64,000 nt of DNA from a virus: positions 39,092 to 103,091 of the IMG/VR virus record IMGVR_UViG_3300042923_001092; one strand, written 5' to 3'. Both the position numbers and the translations under genes were made by a program. This document shows, one piece after another, positions 9,301 through 18,028 of the stretch. Positions within the stretch are counted from its first letter, which is position 1; every line of letters begins with the position of its first letter. The notes below the pieces were generated by a model. It was not told the DNA's origin. It searched no databases and saw only the letters and a list, made by a program, of their open reading frames with translations.

Positions 9301-11202
9301 ATGGCTGTAAAATTATTAAAACAAAAAAAAGAATTTAATGAACAGCAACAAGAAGTAATAAACCATAATTATGGGGCATGTGTAGTAGTAGCCGTTGCTG
9401 GAGCTGGTAAAACTACAGCTGTTGTTGAAAGAATAAATAGAATGTTAAGAAATGGAATAGCAAGACCAAGTCAGATTTGTGCTACTACATTTACGAAAAA
9501 AGCTGCTGGTGAAATGAATGACAGACTTAAAGCTTTAGGTGTAGATACTGACGAAATGCAAGTTTCTACTTTTCATTCAATTTGTTATAAAATAATGCTC
9601 GAGGAGCTTAAAAAAGTCAAAGCCAAATACGATTTAGATGCCACTGGAAGTAAGTCTAAAGCGCTTTTAAAATATGTATTGGGTTATCAATGTATGGATT
9701 GGAAAACAGCTAATATCAGTGAAGTAGATATGTTTATATCCAATTGTAAAAATTCATTATTAAGACCTAAAGATTTAGATATAAATGTATGTGGTTATTA
9801 TTTAAAACAAGCATATGAGTTATATGAAAAAAATAGAGAAGAAAGACAATTTTTAACATTTGACGATATGCTTATTAGATGTTGGGAAATATTTGATGAA
9901 CATCCAGAAATTTTAAAATATTGGCAATCTAAATTTAAATTTGTAATTGTAGATGAGTTTCAAGATACTAATAAGGCACAATATGAAATAATGAAAATGC
10001 TATCATATCCGGAAAATAATTTAATGGTGGTTGGCGATGATGACCAGTCTATATATAAGTTCAGAGGAGCAGTACCAGAATATATGATTAATTTTGAAAA
10101 TGATTTTAATGCTAGAGTAATAAGGATGGAAAAAAACTATAGATGCCCTCAAATTATTGGTAAATTAGCTAATCCTCTTATTTCTAATAATGAAAAAAGA
10201 TTAATTAAAGTTCTTTCTGCACAAAAACAAAATGAAGGCAATTTAAAAATTATAGATTGTTATGATTTTGACGAGGAAGCTGCTATGGTAACTGAATATA
10301 TAAAATCGTTACCCGAATTTATAAATAAACAGTATGGAAAAATATCAGTTCTATATCGTGCTAATGCCCAATCTAGGGCGATCGAAGATATGCTTATAAT
10401 GGAAAATATACCTTACGAATTAGTTGGTGGTATGAACTTCTATCAAAGAAAAGAAATAAAAGATATATTACATTATTTTTATGCAGCATTTGATTCTCAA
10501 GGCAGGGGCGAGGAGGGATATGAAAGAATTATAAATGTCCCTTTTAGATATATAGGCAAAGCATTTATGGAAGATTTACAAAAATTTAGAAAAAATACTG
10601 GATGTAGCTTTGAAAGAGCCTTAAAAGATATGAGAATGACTCCAAATCAAGAAAGATCTATAGATAGTCTTTTAGATGTTATAGATACTATAAGAAAAAG
10701 AAAGCAAGAAAATCCTCAAATATTGATTTCCTGGTTAGTAAATGAGATTGGCTATTATGATTATCTCGTTAAACAAGAAGGTGATAAAGAAGAAGAAAGT
10801 AGTAGATCTTCTAATATAAAAGAATTGATACGTGCATCTGGTAAATTTAGTACTGTAGAAAAATTTATAGAATATATAGATATGTTAAATACTAAGAAAA
10901 AGAAAAATGGTCCAAAAAATAAAGTTATACTTTCTACTATACATAGATCAAAAGGGCTTGAATGGGATAATGTAATTATAATAGGATTAAACGAATTATT
11001 ACTCCCACATAGCAGGAGTTTAGATCCAGAATCTATTGAAGAAGAAAGAAGACTTGCATATGTAGCTATAACAAGATCAAAAGAAAGACTATTATTAAGT
11101 TTTGTTCAAACTGCATCTGTTGGTGGAGGAATTAGAGAATTAAAGCCTAGTAGATTTATTTCGGAAATGGGATTAGCTGGTAAAGGTAAATATTTATATT
11201 AA
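9301..11202 (+). CDS. pcrA: UvrD/PcrA-family SF1 helicase
   Basis: AVAGAGKTT, TTFTKKAAGEM, VDEFQDTN, VGDDDQSIYKFRGA, STIHRSKGLEW, EERRLAYVAITR. Confidence 0.95.
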   Translation: MAVKLLKQKKEFNEQQQEVINHNYGACVVVAVAGAGKTTAVVERINRMLRNGIARPSQICATTFTKKAAGEMNDRLKALGVDTDEMQVSTFHSICYKIMLEELKKVKAKYDLDATGSKSKALLKYVLGYQCMDWKTANISEVDMFISNCKNSLLRPKDLDINVCGYYLKQAYELYEKNREERQFLTFDDMLIRCWEIFDEHPEILKYWQSKFKFVIVDEFQDTNKAQYEIMKMLSYPENNLMVVGDDDQSIYKFRGAVPEYMINFENDFNARVIRMEKNYRCPQIIGKLANPLISNNEKRLIKVLSAQKQNEGNLKIIDCYDFDEEAAMVTEYIKSLPEFINKQYGKISVLYRANAQSRAIEDMLIMENIPYELVGGMNFYQRKEIKDILHYFYAAFDSQGRGEEGYERIINVPFRYIGKAFMEDLQKFRKNTGCSFERALKDMRMTPNQERSIDSLLDVIDTIRKRKQENPQILISWLVNEIGYYDYLVKQEGDKEEESSRSSNIKELIRASGKFSTVEKFIEYIDMLNTKKKKNGPKNKVILSTIHRSKGLEWDNVIIIGLNELLLPHSRSLDPESIEEERRLAYVAITRSKERLLLSFVQTASVGGGIRELKPSRFISEMGLAGKGKYLY

Positions 11203-11231
11203 AATAAATGATAATATTTTGTCAAAATGGG

Positions 11232-11260
11232 TTTACAAATTGTTTCTTATTAATTATAAT
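11232..11260 (+). promoter_or_regulatory. sigmaA-type promoter
   Basis: TTTACA-N17-TATAAT upstream of the sigma-like gene. Confidence 0.75.
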
Positions 11261-11341
11261 AATATTATAAATTTAAATTATAACCAAATAGATAATACAT
11301 TATAACGAAATAAGAAAATTTGTAAATTTGGGAGGTTACAT

Positions 11342-12082
11342 ATGGAGGAGAAGAAATTTGACGAGTCTAAAATTCTTTTATATAAAGAGACTGGAGACGA
11401 GTCAATATTTGAAGAAATTATTTCAAATAAAGATATAAAGAAATATATATATTCAGTATGTCATGACAAAATGAGGAATTATCCTAGTTCTTTAATGGGA
11501 TTTGATGATTTCGAAAGTCAAGCTTATTTAGTGTTATGGCAATGTATTAAGAAATATAAATTTCGATGTCCAATATGTGGTATTCAAGCTAAAACCGAAT
11601 CGGTATATAAACTTCATATGCTAACAAAACACAATGAATATCGAGAACCAGCAACGAGTATATCTAAATACATAAAGTTTAATCTCGGTGCATATCTTCA
11701 AAATGAATTAAGGAAAGAATATAGTGAAGAAAGAAAGTCTAATATAATGACTGTTAGTATTTATTCCGGCCAAAACAGTGAAGAAAAAGATGAGACTATT
11801 AATGATAGAGTTGAATTTGAATTTTGTCAATCAAATGGTTTTGAAGATGATGTTGTTTTTAAACAATTTTTGAATGATCTTGTCGATAAATTTGATTCTC
11901 AAACAAAAGAGATTTTTATAATGATGTTTTTAGAAAATATGAAACAAATAGATATAGCTAATACTTTATATAGACAAGGAAGATATGCAAGCGAACAATC
12001 GGCTTCTGTAGTAGTCTCTAGGACTATAAAAACTAAAATATATCCTGCTATAACTGAGATATATAGCAAGACTAATATTTAG
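11342..12082 (+). CDS. Phage sigma-70-family factor with inserted C2H2 zinc finger
   Basis: Region 2-like DDFESQAYLVLWQCIKKY...ISKYIKFNLGAYLQNELRKE; region 4-like TKEIFIMMFLENMKQIDIANTL; insert CPICG...KLHMLTKH. Confidence 0.65.
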   Translation: MEEKKFDESKILLYKETGDESIFEEIISNKDIKKYIYSVCHDKMRNYPSSLMGFDDFESQAYLVLWQCIKKYKFRCPICGIQAKTESVYKLHMLTKHNEYREPATSISKYIKFNLGAYLQNELRKEYSEERKSNIMTVSIYSGQNSEEKDETINDRVEFEFCQSNGFEDDVVFKQFLNDLVDKFDSQTKEIFIMMFLENMKQIDIANTLYRQGRYASEQSASVVVSRTIKTKIYPAITEIYSKTNI

Positions 12083-12127
12083 TATTATTGTTAGTTTTGT
12101 ATAATATAAATTTTTTTACTAAAAATC

Positions 12128-12157
12128 GTTTATTTTTGTAGTTAAGATGATATATTA
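12128..12157 (+). promoter_or_regulatory. Class II (SigF-like) promoter
   Basis: GTTTA-N15-TGATATATTA. Confidence 0.7.
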
Positions 12158-12209
12158 TTAATATACGGAAATAAACACGTAAATTCCAAATTTAAAAGGA
12201 GATTTCAAA

Positions 12210-13058
12210 ATGGGAAAAATTACTGTATCAGCTTTGCAGGAAGGATGCAAAGAATTAGGAATTGAAACAAATTCTAAAAAGTTAAAAGAGTTAGAGACTC
12301 TTATCGACAAAAAACTTTTTGAAACTGAACTCGGTTACGAATGCCCATCTTGTGGCAAGGATATTCCGGATGTTAAAAAATGCCCGTATTGTGGAGAGTC
12401 TTTTGAAGAAGCTGAAGATGAAGAAGTAGTTGAAGAAAATGATGAAACAGCTGAAGAAAATGATGAAGCAGAAAACGACACAGCTGAAGAAGATGAAGAA
12501 AATGATGAAGCTGATGACAATGAAGATGGCGATGCCACAGATGCAGAGAGCGATGCCGATGAAGAAATTAAAAAAGCAGCAGAAGAGGTTGCTGGAAAAG
12601 TAGTTGACAAAAAAGGCAAATCATCTGATAAAAAAGAAGACAAAAAGGCCGATAAAAAAGAAGACAAAAAGGCCGATAAAAAAGAAGACAAAAAGGCTGA
12701 GAAAAAGGGCCGTCCTGAAGGGACTTCTGCGGATACTCAGAAGAAAAATGAAGAATTTGAACAGCTTGTTGCAGAGATTGATAAAGTTATCGGTAAAGAT
12801 TTTGAAAAAAGAGAAAGAAAAACCGGTATTACTTATGTCAAAGATGGCAAGAGAATCCTCAAAGCTGTAAAAACTGGTAAAGTTCTGGTAGTTGAATTTA
12901 ATGCCGAAGTTGAATCCGATGTTGATGGCTTAACTAAATATACCGAGGAACAGGCAAAGCAGAAACACCTCGGAACTACAAAAGCAGTTTATGATGGCGG
13001 CGACACCAAAGTTGTTACAAAGTTAGTTAAAGAAGCTTTAAAGAACTTTGGTAAATAA
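12210..13058 (+). CDS. Zinc-ribbon protein with acidic/Lys-rich linker and C-terminal domain paralogous to ORF 45585
   Basis: CPSC..CPYC, D/E tract, DKKEDKKA repeats; monocistronic (own promoter and terminator). Confidence 0.8.
   Translation: MGKITVSALQEGCKELGIETNSKKLKELETLIDKKLFETELGYECPSCGKDIPDVKKCPYCGESFEEAEDEEVVEENDETAEENDEAENDTAEEDEENDEADDNEDGDATDAESDADEEIKKAAEEVAGKVVDKKGKSSDKKEDKKADKKEDKKADKKEDKKAEKKGRPEGTSADTQKKNEEFEQLVAEIDKVIGKDFEKRERKTGITYVKDGKRILKAVKTGKVLVVEFNAEVESDVDGLTKYTEEQAKQKHLGTTKAVYDGGDTKVVTKLVKEALKNFGK
12627..12698 (+). repeat. 24-bp in-frame tandem repeat x3 (DKKEDKKA)
   Basis: GATAAAAAAGAAGACAAAAAGGCC at 12627, 12651, 12675 (last base differs in third copy). Confidence 0.9.
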
Positions 13059-13080
13059 TATATTTCTTCTCCTTAATTAA

Positions 13081-13104
13081 GGGAGGCACCAGGCCTCCCT
13101 TTTT
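13081..13104 (+). terminator. Rho-independent terminator
   Basis: GGGAGGC-ACCAG-GCCTCCC-TTTTT. Confidence 0.85.
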
Positions 13105-13147
13105 GAATGTTTAAGCATCTACATATAATAAATTTTATTTGCTCAAC

Positions 13148-13177
13148 GTTAATAAATGACAAATGAATAATATTATA
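13148..13177 (+). promoter_or_regulatory. Class II (SigF-like) promoter of the nucleotide-modification operon
   Basis: GTTAA-N15-TAATATTATA. Confidence 0.65.
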
Positions 13178-13201
13178 ATATTATATAAAGGAGGTTAAAA
13201 C

Positions 13202-14119
13202 GTGTCTAAATACATAATTGGTGGTGGAATAACTGGATTAATAGCTTCTTTTTATAATCCAGACTATCGAATTATAACAGATAAAATTGGTGGCCAGATG
13301 GCTGCTAATACTGCTGGTCCTAGGATTCTTGAAGTAAATGAATATTCAAGAATGTTTTTAAAAGATTTGGGATTTGAAAACGTAAATACTAAATTTGCTA
13401 AGATTGGATATAAAGTAAGAGGCAAGATAGTAGATTCTATAAGTAAAAGCTTAAGAAATAAATATTATTTAAAATCAAGATGCCTTGATGACGCCAATTT
13501 AATACCAAATTCTATAATGTCAGACGGAAAGAATACTATTGAATATTTTGATATAAGTTGGGATGAAATAATTGAAAGACTTATATCAAATATCAAAAAG
13601 CCAGTAATTAATAAAATAACTTCAATAGACACTGAAGAAAAAATAATCGTTTTAGATGGTCTTCCATTTAGATATGAAAAATTAATATCGACAATTCCTG
13701 CACCGGCTTTTTTTAAAGCATCTAAGCTTAATCCAGAAAAAGAGCTAAAATTTATTCAAAAGGTATTTATCATAGTAGATAGTAGTACCATTGATATGAG
13801 AGAATATGAATATATTTATTATCCAGAATGTCAATACCCATATCATAGGATATCGAAAGTTGGTTCTAATAAGCTTTCGATAGAATTTACTACTAATGAA
13901 GATACATCTAAGATACTTAATTATTGGAAACATATTTCCATACAAAATATAATTATACCAATAGGTCAGATACAATCTGGAATGATTAGTAAAGTTAAAG
14001 ATATATCTTTTTTTGGCAGATACGCTTGCTGGGATCATGATTTAAAAGTTGATGATGTTATTAGGCAGAGCATAGACTATAATGATACAGAAAGGAAAAA
14101 TATTTATGATGGAATATAA
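13202..14119 (+). CDS. FAD-dependent oxidoreductase (UGM/protoporphyrinogen-oxidase-like fold)
   Basis: N-terminal IIGGGITG dinucleotide motif, later IGG, LISTIP, C-terminal FGRYACW. Confidence 0.75.
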   Translation: MSKYIIGGGITGLIASFYNPDYRIITDKIGGQMAANTAGPRILEVNEYSRMFLKDLGFENVNTKFAKIGYKVRGKIVDSISKSLRNKYYLKSRCLDDANLIPNSIMSDGKNTIEYFDISWDEIIERLISNIKKPVINKITSIDTEEKIIVLDGLPFRYEKLISTIPAPAFFKASKLNPEKELKFIQKVFIIVDSSTIDMREYEYIYYPECQYPYHRISKVGSNKLSIEFTTNEDTSKILNYWKHISIQNIIIPIGQIQSGMISKVKDISFFGRYACWDHDLKVDDVIRQSIDYNDTERKNIYDGI

Positions 14120-15059
14120 AGATAAGCTTAAACATATATGGGATGTTCAATTAGACTTTAATAAAAAGTTTTATAAGTCTAAAATAGGTAAAGATATGAA
14201 TGATATGACTATGGAAGAAAAGGTATTTTGGTCAAAAAATCAATTACTTTCTATAGTTAAAGAATCTATGGAAGTACTTGATGAAATTCCTAATTGGAAG
14301 GAGCATAGAAACATAGCTACAGAATTTATACCATCAAATCTTTTTGAAGAGATTATCGATGTTAATAAGTTCTCTTTAGGGCTTGCTCAAATATGGGGTA
14401 TGACTTTCGAGGATTATTATAAAGAATACCTTAGAAAAAGTTGGGTTGTTGATCAGCGTTGGACTCAAGAACATGACTTAAAATCTATAAACGAAGACGA
14501 TAAGATTGTTGGAATAGATATTGATGGAATATTAGGAGATTATCCAAAATGGTTTCTTAAATTTGTTTATGAAAAAACTGGTAAAGAGTTTAATACACTT
14601 GAGCAAGTTAAAAATTGTTTCGGTACTTCGGAATATGAGGGATTAAAGTCTTTATACAGACAGTCAGGATGGAAAGCAACAATGCCTGTTTGTGAACATG
14701 CATCTGAATTTACAAATCTTCTTCATAACAAAGGATATAAAATAATAATACTTACAGCTAGACCTTATAAGGATTATTATACTATTTATCCGGATACATT
14801 ACAATTTCTTAAAGAAAATGAAATATATTTTGATGCTATAATTTGGGATGAAGAAAAACATTTAAGGATTATTAAAGAATTTCCGAAAATGCTTTTTATG
14901 ATTGATGATACACTTGAAGTGGCAGAAGCAGTTGCAGCAGAAGGATATGTTGTATTTTTAAAACAGACAGAGCCTTTTGTCAATATCGATCCTAAATTTT
15001 GGGATAAAATTATTACATTTAGTGACCTATTAGAAATACCCGAAAAATGGAATATATAA
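14082..15059 (+). CDS. Fusion of all-alpha NTP pyrophosphatase (dimeric dUTPase/dCTPase-like) and HAD 5'-nucleotidase (start probably 14106/14109)
   Basis: IVKESMEVLDEIPNWKEH...EEIIDV (EXXE/EXXD helices); IVGIDIDGI, ILTARP, MIDD HAD motifs. Confidence 0.75.
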   Translation: MIQKGKIFMMEYKDKLKHIWDVQLDFNKKFYKSKIGKDMNDMTMEEKVFWSKNQLLSIVKESMEVLDEIPNWKEHRNIATEFIPSNLFEEIIDVNKFSLGLAQIWGMTFEDYYKEYLRKSWVVDQRWTQEHDLKSINEDDKIVGIDIDGILGDYPKWFLKFVYEKTGKEFNTLEQVKNCFGTSEYEGLKSLYRQSGWKATMPVCEHASEFTNLLHNKGYKIIILTARPYKDYYTIYPDTLQFLKENEIYFDAIIWDEEKHLRIIKEFPKMLFMIDDTLEVAEAVAAEGYVVFLKQTEPFVNIDPKFWDKIITFSDLLEIPEKWNI

Positions 15060-15135
15060 ACCATTAGGTGCATTATTTTGAGCTGTCTATAAAGGTTCTA
15101 AATAGGTTAAATTTATTATTGGAAGGGGTTTTAAA

Positions 15136-15582
15136 ATGGCTATTTTATTTTTTGTAGGTGTTGATAAAACAGGTAAAACTACTTTATTAAAAAATGTTTT
15201 AAAAGAAACTAATCGTCATATATGTATTGATAGATTTACTCCATGTCAAGTAGTATACGGAAGAATACATGATAAAAAAGACACACCAAAAGTTAAAGAA
15301 TTTAGAGAATTAGAAACATTTTTACGATATTCTCCTATACCAGCTGCATTTGTTTATGTGTCAGCAGAGACAGATATGATAATAAAAAGATTTAAGCAGC
15401 ATGATGAAAAAGATATAGATATTAGTCAAATAAGTATTGTTAAAATTTTATATGATCAGTACTTAAGTTCATCTCCGCTACCATGTTTACGTATTGATAC
15501 AACCGGAGACTCAATAGAAAAATGCACTAATACGATTATCGAGTTTGCAGATAGGCTTGATAGAAAGGAGATTTATATATGA
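15136..15582 (+). CDS. Nucleoside-monophosphate kinase (Tmk-like, second paralogue)
   Basis: P-loop GVDKTGKTT, IDRF motif. Confidence 0.75.
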   Translation: MAILFFVGVDKTGKTTLLKNVLKETNRHICIDRFTPCQVVYGRIHDKKDTPKVKEFRELETFLRYSPIPAAFVYVSAETDMIIKRFKQHDEKDIDISQISIVKILYDQYLSSSPLPCLRIDTTGDSIEKCTNTIIEFADRLDRKEIYI

Positions 15583-16595
15583 AAGCAAAATTAGGGCTTG
15601 GTGGATATTTTACAGACACCAAAGACAATCCAGCTTCCATTATAAGATATGCTTATGATTTTGGTGGAGTAAGATTTTTTGATACTTCACCAGTATATGG
15701 AACTAGTGAGCAAATTTTTGGACATGCACTAAAAGATTATCCAAGAGAATCTTATGAACTTTCAACAAAAACAAAAGCTAAAACTGTTGAAGAGCTTCAT
15801 TCTTCGTTTTTACAAAGCTTATTTAATCTTAACACTAATTATATAGATATGTATTTTGGTCATTCAGCTATAGATGATGATAATACATGGAAAGATTTTC
15901 AAAAGATAATAAATGAACTTTTAAGATTAAAGTCAATCAATTATATCAAAAAGATTGGAGTATCTGGACATTCTGTTTCTGCAGCTATAAAAGCGATAAA
16001 CAGTGGTTTGATTGATGTTATAATGGTACCTCATTCTATAATGTACAGAAAATTTGAAGGAGTGATTCAATTAGCTAAGTCCAAAAACATAGAAGTAATT
16101 ACTATGAAAAACTTTGCTAGTGGAATATTGCTTGGTGGTCCGGATACTAATGAATATAAAAAAGACGTATCAATGCAGGATATTATCAATTTTTCTTCTT
16201 ATTGCGGAGATATAATAATACCAACTCCAAGATCTATTAATCAATTTAAAGAAATAAGTAACTGTTATCTAAATGCAGCTGAACTTAATACATCTAAATT
16301 AATTAATATAGAAAGTAAGATAATAAAACATCTTGGCACGGATTTTTGCAGATTTTGTAATGAATGCAGACCCTGCCCTAAGCATGGATGGCAAATGTCA
16401 CAACCAAGCATCTTAAAGGCAATGTTATATCAGTCAAAGTTAGGAATAGATGGAAAAGAAAGATATTCTAATTTTGCTTATAATGTAAATCATTGCGAAG
16501 GATGTGATAGCGAATGCTCGCATATGTGCCCTTTTGGTATAGATATTAAAGAAAAAATGCAAAATGCACACAACATTTTTACAGGAGGAAAATAA
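15579..16595 (+). CDS. Aldo/keto reductase with C-terminal 4Fe-4S dicluster
   Basis: FFDTSPVYG.SE, STKT, YID.Y..H, KKIGVSGH; CRFCNECRPCP and CEGCDSECSHMCP. Confidence 0.85.
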   Translation: MKAKLGLGGYFTDTKDNPASIIRYAYDFGGVRFFDTSPVYGTSEQIFGHALKDYPRESYELSTKTKAKTVEELHSSFLQSLFNLNTNYIDMYFGHSAIDDDNTWKDFQKIINELLRLKSINYIKKIGVSGHSVSAAIKAINSGLIDVIMVPHSIMYRKFEGVIQLAKSKNIEVITMKNFASGILLGGPDTNEYKKDVSMQDIINFSSYCGDIIIPTPRSINQFKEISNCYLNAAELNTSKLINIESKIIKHLGTDFCRFCNECRPCPKHGWQMSQPSILKAMLYQSKLGIDGKERYSNFAYNVNHCEGCDSECSHMCPFGIDIKEKMQNAHNIFTGGK

Positions 16596-17663
16596 ATGGA
16601 TGTAGTTAATGAAAAAGCAGCTAAAAAAATATTGCCATATGTAAAGTCAATAGAAAATGGTACTATAAAAGGCCCAATTTCGTTGCACTTATTAATAACT
16701 GACTTTTGTGTTAATAAGTGCAACATGTGTGGACATTGGAAGACTAAATGCAAAAAAAGTTTAAGTCTTGATGTTATAAAAAACATTTGGTCAGAGATGA
16801 ACGAAAATGATTGTGAATCAGTTTGTCTTACTGGCGGAGATCCAATTTTGCATCCAAATTTTGAGGAAATATTAGATCTTAAAAGAAATTTTGACCTTGG
16901 TGTTATTTGTACCGGAAATTTTAATCCAAAATTTGATTTTGAAAAGCTTTCCAAACTTAAATGGTTACGCTTTTCTATTGATTCTTTAAACCTTGATAGA
17001 TATATGGAAATAAGAGGTTTGAGTAATTTATATTCAGTTATAATTCCTAATCTTATAAAGGCTAAGAATTATATAGATCAGGTCGGTATAAATTTCACTA
17101 TACAAAAGAAAAATATTATGGATGTAAGAGATATTGTAAAATTTGCTTATAATGAAGAAATTTATAGACTTATGATATATCCAATGCATGGTGATAGTGA
17201 CTTATGCTTAAATTCTGAAGATATTAAAGTTGTTTTAGAACAATTAAGAGAAGTAATTAAGTACGGATTTCATAAAGAAATACCAGAAAATAATATTGTA
17301 TTTTTGTATCAAAGTTTAAAAGCAGCTTTAGAAAAAGACACTGAAGTAAGAAAAGCAGTTTTTGATTATTCTAAATATCCTTGTATTATAAATAAAATAC
17401 ATTTATCTGTAGGTTCTGATGGAAATGTATTTCCTTGTGAAATGATTGCAGATGATACAGATGCATATGGAGAAAGAGATTTTTGGGATACACATTCACA
17501 TTATAATAGTCTTGGAAACGTGAATGAAGAAAGTTTGATGAAAATATGGAAAAATAATTTTGACAACTCCTTTTGTTCCGGAAAATGTGAAAATTGCTTC
17601 AGTAGATATTTACCTATTAATAAAGCTTATTATGAAAATATTGGAAAGAGGATATTTATATGA
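16596..17663 (+). CDS. Radical SAM enzyme with SPASM/twitch domain
   Basis: CVNKCNMC (CX3CX2C), LTGGDP, FSIDSL, C-terminal GSDGNVFPC...CSGKCENC. Confidence 0.9.
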   Translation: MDVVNEKAAKKILPYVKSIENGTIKGPISLHLLITDFCVNKCNMCGHWKTKCKKSLSLDVIKNIWSEMNENDCESVCLTGGDPILHPNFEEILDLKRNFDLGVICTGNFNPKFDFEKLSKLKWLRFSIDSLNLDRYMEIRGLSNLYSVIIPNLIKAKNYIDQVGINFTIQKKNIMDVRDIVKFAYNEEIYRLMIYPMHGDSDLCLNSEDIKVVLEQLREVIKYGFHKEIPENNIVFLYQSLKAALEKDTEVRKAVFDYSKYPCIINKIHLSVGSDGNVFPCEMIADDTDAYGERDFWDTHSHYNSLGNVNEESLMKIWKNNFDNSFCSGKCENCFSRYLPINKAYYENIGKRIFI

Positions 17664-17962
17664 GAATAACAGGTATATATAGTCCATTAAAAATATATTT
17701 TGATCTTGGTGGCCAGATGGCTGGTAAGAGATGTTTTACATTATGCAAAGATACTTATTCTGAAAACGACAGGTATACTATTTGGCTTGATGGTTCCAGA
17801 TTAAAATGCAAAAGAGAACAGATAATAGATACAATGAATGAACATTTAAGAATAATTGACAAAAATGTTAAATTGTCTAATGAACAAATTGACTTTATTA
17901 ATGAAATAATAAAAAATCATAAATTCGAAATGAATTATTATTTTGCGATAGAAACAATTTAA
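17660..17962 (+). CDS. Hypothetical protein in the modification operon
   Basis: ATGA-coupled to the radical SAM gene. Confidence 0.6.
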   Translation: MRITGIYSPLKIYFDLGGQMAGKRCFTLCKDTYSENDRYTIWLDGSRLKCKREQIIDTMNEHLRIIDKNVKLSNEQIDFINEIIKNHKFEMNYYFAIETI

Positions 17963-17970
17963 TTTTAGAC

Positions 17971-18000
17971 GTTAATAAATGATTCTAATATGATATAATA
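17971..18000 (+). promoter_or_regulatory. Class II (SigF-like) promoter
   Basis: GTTAA-N15-TGATATAATA. Confidence 0.75.
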
Positions 18001-18028
18001 TTATTATAAAACAATAAAGGAGGAAATA

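Noticed and set aside
12335-12691. Minus-strand Ser/Phe/Leu-rich ORFs (also 25839-26123, 25942-26307, 31893-32402, 5088-5561, 16490-16954 and similar)
   Set aside because: Antisense shadows of Lys/Glu/Asp-rich plus-strand genes; no RBS or promoter and low-complexity translations.
12627-12698. CRISPR-like repeat array
   Set aside because: Contiguous 24-bp coding repeats with no spacers; no cas genes seen.
12604-12870. Alternative-frame plus-strand ORF KKKTKRPI repeats (also 35924-36160, 18822-19049, 49842-50024)
   Set aside because: Fully overlaps a better-supported gene in another frame; a product of A-rich repeats.
16596-17663. QueE / 7-deazaguanine pathway
   Set aside because: No FolE, QueD, QueC or DpdA-like genes recognised in the window, and the protein has a SPASM tail unlike QueE.
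17971-18000. Calling class II promoters SPO1 late promoters (CGTTAGA/GATATT)
   Set aside because: Partial resemblance only; the fixed 15-bp spacer and 10-bp -10 fit the SigF-type pattern better, and no gp33/gp34 homologue was identified.
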